The notes below the pieces were generated by a model. That model was not told where the DNA came from. It did not search any database and saw only the letters and a program-made list of their open reading frames with translations. A stretch of DNA of 20,227 nt from Octopus sinensis (lineage: Eukaryota), in contig NW_021824073.1 in NCBI RefSeq assembly GCF_006345805.1, positions 1 to 20,227 on the forward strand, written 5' to 3'. Position 1 is the stretch's first letter; each line of letters opens with the position of its first letter. This document shows, in pieces, positions 12,259-20,227 of this stretch. The position numbers and the translations under genes are program-made.

Positions 12259-12563
12259 ATTTAGTCTCGTTTCTAGCTTCTGATACCAACTTCCCAACGG
12301 GGGCCTAATTTGACTTTAATCCTCAACAGGGTATGCAGCAGTCGTGTACTTAAATTGATTTCATCGACTATACTAATTGTCAGCAAATATATGGTCTTTC
12401 TCTCTTTCTCTCCCCCATCTCTCTCCTCTTTTCTCTCCTTCATCTCTCTCTGCCTTTCTTTCATTCTCTCATTTTCCAACTGCTGTCTTTTCCCTTCTTC
12501 AAATACTTTCCTTTTATATCGTAATTCCTGAACAGCGTCGTTGATTACAGGCTTCCAACTCAC

Positions 12564-12716
12564 CAATCACTGGTTCCTTGCATTTCTTCTGCTGACGTGG
12601 GGGACAAGCGAACGGCACCGGTTTTTCCGTTTCTCACCGATTCATATATGCCTTGCCGACGTACAGCAGCCACCACCACCCCGCCCGCCAGCACACACGT
12701 GCATACGTGTATATAT
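12564..12716 (-). other. Candidate 153-nt exon of an unidentified host transcript
   Basis: Acceptor TCTCTGTCCAG| at 12717, donor TG|GTGAGT at 12563. GC-richer, non-repetitive, one open frame (YIHVCTCVLAGG...EEMQGTSD). No recognisable family. Confidence 0.4.
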
Positions 12717-12734
12717 CTGGACAGAGACATACAA

Positions 12735-13106
12735 TACACACGAACGCGCGCGTACACACACACACACACACACATACACACACACACATGCACACGCACA
12801 CACGCACACATACGCACGCACACACACACACACACATGCACACGCACACACACACACACAACAAACACACACATACGCACGCACACACACACACATGCAC
12901 ACGCACACACACACACACACACGCACGCACACACACACACATGCACACGCACACATACACACACATATACACACACACACATGCACACGCACACACACAC
13001 ACACATGCACACACACACACGCACACACACGCACACGCACACGCACACACACACGTGCACACACACACACGCACACACACACATGCACACACTCACATGC
13101 ACACGC

Positions 13107-13161
<55 letters not shown>

Positions 13162-13169
13162 AACACACA
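12735..13169. repeat. ~430-bp interrupted (CA)n/(TG)n array
   Basis: Near-continuous purine-pyrimidine alternation with recurring CATGCACACGCA and CATACGCACGCA variants. Confidence 0.95.
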
Positions 13170-13301
13170 GCTTTGAATTTGTCTGCAAGAATTTTGATCT
13201 GAAACCGCGTTGAAACTCTTATTCTCTTTGGAAAGATTTATATTAAAACCAAAAGCCTATAAACACTCTCACAGGTTCTTGTCTTGTTTCCAGTTATTAT
13301 A

Positions 13302-13535
13302 TACTCATTACTCTCATTACTCTTTTACTTGTTTCAGTCATTTGACTGCGCCCATGCTGGAGCAAAGCCTTTAGTCGAGGAAATCGATCTCCAGGACTTA
13401 TTCTTTGTAAGCCTGGTACTTAGTGTATCGGTATCTTTTGCCGCTCCGCTAAGTTACAGGAGCATAAACACACCAGCATCGGTTGTCAAGCGGTGTTGGG
13501 GGAACAAACACAGACACACAAACATATACACACAC

Positions 13536-13597
<62 letters not shown>

Positions 13598-13760
13598 GAC
13601 GGGCTTCTTTCAGTTTCCGTCTACCAAATCCACTCACAAGACTTTGGTCGGCCCGAGGGTATACTAGAAGGCACATGCTCAAGGTGCTACGCAGTGGGAC
13701 TGAGCCCAGAACCATGTGGTTGGTAAGTAAGCTACTTACTACACAGCCACTCTTGTGCCT
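13302..13760 (-). mobile_element. tRNA-derived SINE, family 1 (full length, internal TA/ATGT microsatellite)
   Basis: Minus: AGGCACAAGAGTGGCTGTGTAGTAAG (A-box-like), GGCTCAGTCCC (B-box-like), ACGGAAACTGAAAGAAGCCCGTCG, microsatellite, 3' TGCTCCAGCATGG...GACTGAAACAAGTAAAAGAG tail. Second copy at 17338-18312. Resembles the abundant octopus SINE as recalled. Confidence 0.9.
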
Positions 13761-13847
13761 ATATATATATATTATATATATACATATATATATATATATA
13801 TAGATATAACAATATATGTATGTAGTATGTATGTATGTATATATGTA

Positions 13848-13898
<51 letters not shown>

Positions 13899-13944
13899 GT
13901 GGGTTTGTGTGTGGGTACGTATGTATGTTTGTATGTGTGTGTGT

Positions 13945-14190
13945 CCGCACCTGTATTCGAACCCACAGCCTGGCAGCTTAAGCTTCAGATCAATCCATGC
14001 TTTGTGAGTCAAATTGGATGGAGGGACATTATGTGAAATCGTAGGCTTCCTTGTAAGTTTCTGCCAACCAAATTTTAGTCACAGTGTTTTGCTTAGCACG
14101 AGAAAACGACCAGGGTGCTGTACATCGGAATCGAACTGAGAAACACGTGGTTACGAAGCGAGCCTCATCTGCACATAACCATGTCTGCGT
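13945..14190. mobile_element. Old family 1 SINE fragments (plus ~13945-14040, minus ~14042-14190)
   Basis: Diverged matches such as TTGTGAGTCAAATTGG and GGAATCGAACTGAGAAACACGTGGTT versus the full copy. Confidence 0.5.
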
Positions 14191-15839
14191 TCACTTGAAC
14201 TCCACCTTCTTTTCATCTTGTTTGAAACCTTGGCTGTTTCCCGCCCCGCTTTCTCATTCTTAGCTTCGCCACCGTCTTCAATCAGTATTTATGTCACTTC
14301 CTTCTGGTCTTTTCTTGTACTCCACACACAACACTTCCTCTTCTTTAAAGAAGAACTTTATACGAATGCTCTTCCCTTAGATATTTTAATTAGCCCTTAG
14401 AGTGTTTCCGTGCTTCTCAATTTCTTTACTCATCGTTTAAATACCGTTTCTCTCACTCTACTTGGACATTACCTCCCTCTTCAACTTGGCTTAGAACATT
14501 GATTTTTTTCAACCTACCGTCTCCAACACTAACTTCCACTTCGTTCATCTCGCATACCATACGCCAGACCGTCTCAACCTATCTCACTCTCTGACCCTTG
14601 AGCTTCCTTCTCTTCATCCTTACTCTCCCAACCGAACCCTCATTTCACGTCTCATCTGTACTTTAATTCTTCATCGATTACTTACTTGCAACCAAAGCAA
14701 CAACACTACATTCTCTCTGTTCCGCAACTTTAGACGAAAACCAAGGGCCTGAAACGTTAGATTACACTGTATAACACGATTTTTGTCCTTGGGTGGCAAC
14801 TGTTATTTCCTGTTTGCTTACCCCTAGAAAAATAGCTAATAGAGAAATAGCTAATGTTTCCTTCAGACTTTGCTTTTGTTACATTTATTCAAATCCCCAA
14901 AATTCCCTCTCAGCATATGGCTATGATGCTCCCTAGTTACTCCTGCACATGATCAGAGATGCACATATTGTCATTCAGTAAGGAACATGCTCAAATAGTT
15001 AAGGTCAAGCAACAGACAACCTGTGGTACTGAGCAGAATATTTGCTAAAATGATATTTCTGCTGCAGCAACTCAGTGCCGAATCTGTCTGAAATGTAAAA
15101 AAAATAGGTCAGTTTCGAAATATTGATGTCTAGATCATAAAAACAAAGTTTGAAGGGAATAGTGATAATTTCCTTTGATTTCTAGACAGAAGCAAATAGG
15201 AAATAACACTTATTGACCAAAGACAATAAATAATTAAATAAATAAAAATTTTGTTACACTGTGTTTTTCCTAAGGGCAGCTGAACATGTCGAATTCTTAC
15301 ATGAACATTCCTATGGACTATTTGTTGGTAACGTATGGCTTCGGTAGGTTTATCAGCTTCCAGATTTCACGTTTTAAATCTGTGATAATGTAAGAATTCA
15401 ATAGCTGATAAATTTTGGGCGAATGTCATACAACTGAAAGAAAAATTTTCATAGCGATTCTAAGAAAATATTCTGGACTAGCTTCTCATGGTAAATACTA
15501 ATCGAAGAATCATATGGTTTTTAGCTGGAAAAAGTCTTGTAACTTTTGTTACCAACCAGCTTGAACTCTCTTAAAACATAAGTAAAACTCAAAGAAAAAT
15601 TATAAAAATGCATATATGTGCGCGTGCACGTGTGTACACACACTTTCACAGATAACTGCCGAGTATGCGCTTCGTCGTTGCTAATGACATGTCTGACCTT
15701 CCATCCAAGCCTCTCTGATTGCTATTCAGTCCCGTTGCAGACCTGTATGGTATGAAGTATACAGAGATACACTGAGACAATCCTTAGCATGGTCGAGTGC
15801 TCACCACTGTTTTGTCCAATATGTTTACGCGGTTGTACC

Positions 15840-16075
15840 AAGACAGGAAGTCTGGAGTCGTATTTAAGGGAAAATTGCCCAACAAATTGCAAAAAGTGAC
15901 TAAAAAGATGACCATCATCAAATATAACAATATCTGTTTCAACACCCGATTTCACATCACGAACTTTGCAAAACAAATGCATAAACGTAATGTCTGATAA
16001 AGTTCCGATTGATAATGGAGTAAAGCAGAGCGATGTTCCTGCTCCTACACTCTTCAGCAGTCTTTGCTGTTCTGC
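15840..16075 (+). mobile_element. LINE reverse transcriptase fragment, RTE-like
   Basis: SDKVPIDNGVKQSDVPAPTLFS matches the RT motif GVKQGxVLAPTLF. Left boundary uncertain. Confidence 0.7.
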
Positions 16076-16605
16076 ATACAAATACAAATACATACATACA
16101 TACATACATATATACATACATACATACATACATACATACACCCATGCATGTGTATGTATGTAAGTATGTGTGGGTGTTTGTTCGCATGATTGTAAAAGTG
16201 TTTTATATATTTTTAACGCATAATATTGTTCCCCACATAACAATATATGCCATAACTGATCTGTACATAAAATCTTCTAATTCCCTCACTTCACAAAGGA
16301 TACATTTTTTTTTATCTTCTACTTTCATTTCTCTCTTTCAATTTCCCATTCTTTCTTACTCTCTTCCTCTCTCTTTCTCTCTCATTCACTTTCTCTAAAC
16401 ACCATCTAATATCATTATTTATTCATTTCGTTATGTATTCATTATTGATCTGTATTTAGTTGATTTTTTCGTTTCTGAACATTATTTGTTTTTATTATTT
16501 ATTTTTAAATAATTTATATATTATTTTGTTCATTTGTCCAGTAGAACATAATTGTTCTATTGGTCTTTGGCTGTTTACACATTAGTATTCTCAAAGCAAA
16601 CTTTT

Positions 16606-16758
16606 TATCATCATCATCATCATCATCATCAACAGCATCTTCGACATCGTCGTCGTTGCTGTTGTCGATGGTGGTGGTGGTGGTTGTGTTTCTACTGCTG
16701 CTGCTGTAATTATTTTGTTTTGATTTTGATTTGGATGTTACATTCATGTATTTTATTG

Positions 16759-16801
<43 letters not shown>

Positions 16802-16825
16802 ATATATATATATAATATATATATA

Positions 16826-16924
<99 letters not shown>

Positions 16925-17160
16925 TATCTGTTCGTCAGTCTGTCAACTTAACTTTCTGTCTATCTATTTATCTATCTGTCTGTCTGTCGGTCTGTCTGTC
17001 TATCTATCCCTCCATCCATCGATTCATCTATCTATACACTCACACACACACACACATATATATATCTGTCTATCTCTCCGTTTGTCTGTCAACTTAACTC
17101 TGTCTATCTATCTACCTACCTTCCTGTCTATCTACCTACCTTCCTGTCTATCTACCTGTC
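16606..17160. repeat. Microsatellite cluster: (TCA)n/(GTG)n/(CTG)n, (TATC)n, (TA)n, (CTGT)/(CTAC)
   Basis: Read directly. Confidence 0.9.
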
Positions 17161-17337
17161 TGCCTGAATTTATTTGTGAATGCATGTTTAATGATATAAT
17201 GATTCTTACAAGACTGTTTCTATTTGTTTCAAATTAGAATTCCTTCAGAGTGCATTAGACAAGGGAAAGGACTGTGCATATATAGACATACACACACATA
17301 AACAAACGCACACATGCACACAGGCACACACACACAT

Positions 17338-18312
17338 ATGGCTGTGTGGTAAGAAGCTTGCTTCCCAAGCACATTGTTCCCGGTTCAGTCCCACTGCGTG
17401 CCACCTTGGGCAAGCGTCTTCTTCTATGACTTCGGGGCGAACAAAACCTTGTCAGTTTGGTAGACAGAAACTGAAAGAAGCCCATCGTATATATACATAT
17501 TGGGTTGTCCGGAAAGTTTGTGCCGATTTTTAAAGGAAGGAAAAAAGGTCAATAAATACTTGCCATTACATTTTTAATCAATCAAATATGAACCATTTTG
17601 TTGCACAATGCGTCTCCATCTTCCCTTTAACTTGAAAATACCCTCTTCCCAGAATTGAGGTGGTTTCATGGAAAAGAATTCATCAAGATATCTTTTTACG
17701 TCATCCAAGGAATTGAAATTTTTACCATTAAGACTATTCTGCAGAGACCTGAATAAGTGTAAATCCGAAGGAGCAATATCTGGTAAATATGGAGGGTGGG
17801 GTAACACATCCCAGCCGACCTGCAGCAATTTTTGTCTGGTTCCCAAAGTATCAAGTGCTGAAAATGAACTTTCTTATCTTCCATTTTAAAGGGTTACAGA
17901 ATTAACACAGGTTATAGGAACAAAAACCTTCTTCCACGAACAGATAGCTTAAACTATTCTCTTAGTAGAGGTGTAGTCAAATCCTATTTTATGGATTCAA
18001 CCATGTTCTAAAATAAGTCGAAAGGTAAGCTACTATAAATCGGCTCAAACTTTCCGGACAACCCAATATATATATATATATATGAGAAATACGTATGTAT
18101 ATATCTTTGTGTGTGTCTCTGTGTTTGATTCCCCCCCTCCCTCACTACCTGACAACCGTAACCTGCCGGTTCGGCAAAATGAGATCGGTAGAATATGAAC
18201 TAGGTTTTAAAAATGATAAGTACTGGGGTCGATTTGCTCGGCTAAAACTTTTCGAGGTGGGGCTCCAGCATGGCTGTGGTCAAATGACTGAAAGAATTAA
18301 AACAGTTAAAGA
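17338..18312 (+). mobile_element. Family 1 SINE split by a mariner insertion (head 17338-17497, tail 18069-18312)
   Basis: Head TGGCTGTGTGGTAAG...GGTTCAGTCCCACTGCG...AAACTGAAAGAAGCCCATCG. Tail GGTTCGGCAAAA...CTGGGGTCGATTTGCTCG...CTCCAGCATGG...CAAATGACTGAAA, collinear with 13302-13760. Confidence 0.85.
17500..18066 (-). mobile_element. Internally deleted mariner element (567 bp) with intact TIRs and TA TSD
   Basis: TA|TTGGGTTGTCCGGAAAGTTTGTGCCGATTT ... AAATCGGCTCAAACTTTCCGGACAACCCAA|TA. Minus ORF 17574-17846 has WDVLPHPPYLPDIAPSDLHLFRSLQN (YSPDLAPSD motif). Start MEDKKVHFQH at 17884 is in another frame. Confidence 0.95.
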
Positions 18313-18313
18313 A

Positions 18314-18377
<64 letters not shown>

Positions 18378-18413
18378 CATCCATTCATCTATCTATCTAT
18401 CCATCTATCTATG

Positions 18414-18486
<73 letters not shown>

Positions 18487-18500
18487 GTCTGTATGTATGT
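18314..18500. repeat. (TATC)n tetranucleotide microsatellite
   Basis: ~170 bp with a few CCAT/ATGT interruptions. Confidence 0.95.
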
Positions 18501-18505
18501 ATATA

Positions 18506-19609
18506 TCTATAATATTAATTGGACATGGGCGATTGTTGTATTCTTTCTTGCCTTGAGGTTCACAGCCAAACGGCTGGGTGGATCTGCGTGAAAAATGACA
18601 CACACGTGGAAACGAGTGCATAGATTGGAATGCGGTTTGTATTTTTCCCTAATCCCCATAGTTACCGCGACAATCGATTAAAAAATTTCTAATGGAATTC
18701 CCCAGGTTTGTTCTGCCATTAAAACAACCAGTTGCTAACAAAGCCGGCATATACCATTTCGCTAGCAACACGGGGATTACAGGATGACAGTCGGGCAAAA
18801 CTTTCCCAATGCTGTCTCTCTTCTTTCACCTCTTTGTGGGGTTAATAATCTTAATCTTTAGATACAGTTTCTCATTAAAACTACATAATAGGCAGAATTG
18901 TCTGATTAAGACAGTAGGTTGTTTTGAGGGAGATTTGGCTGCTATTTCTACCAGGTCTAGCTACCACGTAGAGGTCTGAACTCAATTTTCATTCCCATAT
19001 TTGCATTTCAAAAATTTTACATAAAATTTTCCATAAATCAACTATCGTAAAAATATTATACGATGACCTCACATTTTCTATGTATGTGTGCGTACCTTAA
19101 AAGACGTCAATCAACACGACACACACCTTCACTCACTCACTCTATCTCTCTTACTCGCTCTCTTTCTCTCCCATATACACACGTGCAAGCACGCACACAC
19201 ACGCACACATACACACATAAACACACACACACACAACGTCCATTTCATATACCTTCATTCAATTTCTGCTCTCTGCAAATAAAATTTTTACGGATACAAC
19301 TGCTTAGAAAAATCGGGATTAATGTATAATTTCTTTCTATGTTCATAATTAAATCAATGATTTAATGATGAGACAGAGGTCCAATAGAATAGCTCTCAGA
19401 AACAGACTACGTACAAATTCGTTTTTCACAACTCCTGAAGCTGACAAGTGGAGGGAGAGTTGGGAAATTTTCATACAGCTGGAGGTTCCAATCGAAACAG
19501 GGGACCCGAAATGATAAGGTTCAGAAAAGGTGTTATAGATTATGCCTAACCGAAAACGATCACAACCACATCATCCAAGCAGACCGGGTGAAACCGGGCT
19601 TATCTGCTA

Positions 19610-19610
<1 letters not shown>
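18506..19610 (+). mobile_element. Non-autonomous Helitron (1.1 kb)
   Basis: A|TC at 18506, 3' CCGG-GTGAAA-CCGG hairpin then GCTTATCTG-CTAG|T at 19610. Interior 18706-19440 is homologous to 7025-8123 (opposite strand). Confidence 0.85.
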
Positions 19611-19646
<36 letters not shown>

Positions 19647-19649
19647 CAT

Positions 19650-19750
19650 ATTATTAAAATTATAATTAAGGGTATCTAAGAGATACCACCACGCTAGATA
19701 TGGCAGCCAAAAGTTGACTCTAAAACCACATTAATTATAATTTTAATAAT
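19650..19750. repeat. 101-bp foldback with perfect 20-bp inverted termini
   Basis: ATTATTAAAATTATAATTAA (19650-19669) and TTAATTATAATTTTAATAAT (19731-19750). Confidence 0.75.
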
Positions 19751-19837
19751 AATAATTACCTTTGGTGTTTTTCTTCCCATGCTAGCCACATGATAAAATC
19801 GGTATTTTAAATAACGATCTTATCCTTATTCATATAA

Positions 19838-19858
19838 ATACATACATACATACATACA

Positions 19859-19894
<36 letters not shown>

Positions 19895-19952
19895 TGTATG
19901 TATGTATGTATGTATGTATGTATGTATGTATGTATGTATGTATGTATGTACA
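19838..19952. repeat. (ACAT)n-(AT)n-(ATGT)n microsatellite
   Basis: Read directly. Confidence 0.95.
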
Positions 19953-19959
19953 TATATAT

Positions 19960-20140
19960 CGAGAATTCACAAAAAAAAACAAAAGACGAAGACAGGTGGT
20001 GTAGGCAACAAACAGATGTATTAGTTTAACACTCGAGAAGTGGAAAAGTCTTTAACATTTCGCGCCTACGCTCTTCCACCACAGAAAGGAACACAGAAAG
20101 AAACAAGGAGAGAAAATGAGGAATGTGTAGTGGCTAGCGA
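19960..20140 (-). mobile_element. Short repeat with a degenerate hammerhead-like core (Penelope-like terminal relic)
   Basis: Minus: CTTT-CTGTGGTGGAA-GAGC-GTAG-GCGC-GAAA-TGTT-AAAG (20088-20050). Stem I CTTT/AAAG is retained, the CUGANGA box is disrupted. Confidence 0.45.
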
Positions 20141-20175
20141 TGTGTATATATATATGTATTATGTATGTATATATA

Positions 20176-20226
<51 letters not shown>

Positions 20227-20227
20227 G

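Noticed and set aside
12541-13213. Six overlapping 150-210 aa His/Thr- or Cys/Val-rich ORFs
   Set aside because: Translations of the (CA)n array, which has no stops in any frame.
14790-15720. Possible exon or interspersed repeat
   Set aside because: No ORF, termini or second copy in the window, so it cannot be classified without a search.
16514-16815. Poly-His/poly-Asp ORFs
   Set aside because: Produced by trinucleotide microsatellites with no supporting splice or domain context.
17574-17846. SETMAR-like host gene
   Set aside because: The ORF lies within TIRs and a TA TSD and is only the transposase C-terminus; no SET domain.

Overview
AT-rich, microsatellite-dense eukaryotic non-coding DNA, most likely from an octopus or other coleoid cephalopod (inferred from the SINE families). 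No intact protein-coding gene is visible, and most ORFs in the track are translated microsatellites. The window is a mosaic of decayed mobile elements: a Ty3/Gypsy relic with one LTR (RT/RNase H deleted), four non-autonomous Helitron units (two in a head-to-tail tandem, one carrying a Rep/Hel N-terminal relic), two mariner relics (one nested in a SINE), a Tc1/mariner MITE, CR1-like and RTE-like LINE fragments and several tRNA-derived SINEs. The most notable unexplained signals are (i) a ~520-bp inverted repeat at 1701-2218 whose two arms each contain a type I hammerhead ribozyme core with a ~110-nt stem II, plus further hammerhead-like relics elsewhere, and (ii) a candidate spliced minus-strand transcript at ~11.8-12.7 kb directly downstream of a ~430-nt (UG)-type tract. 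All calls were made by eye with no alignments or searches run.
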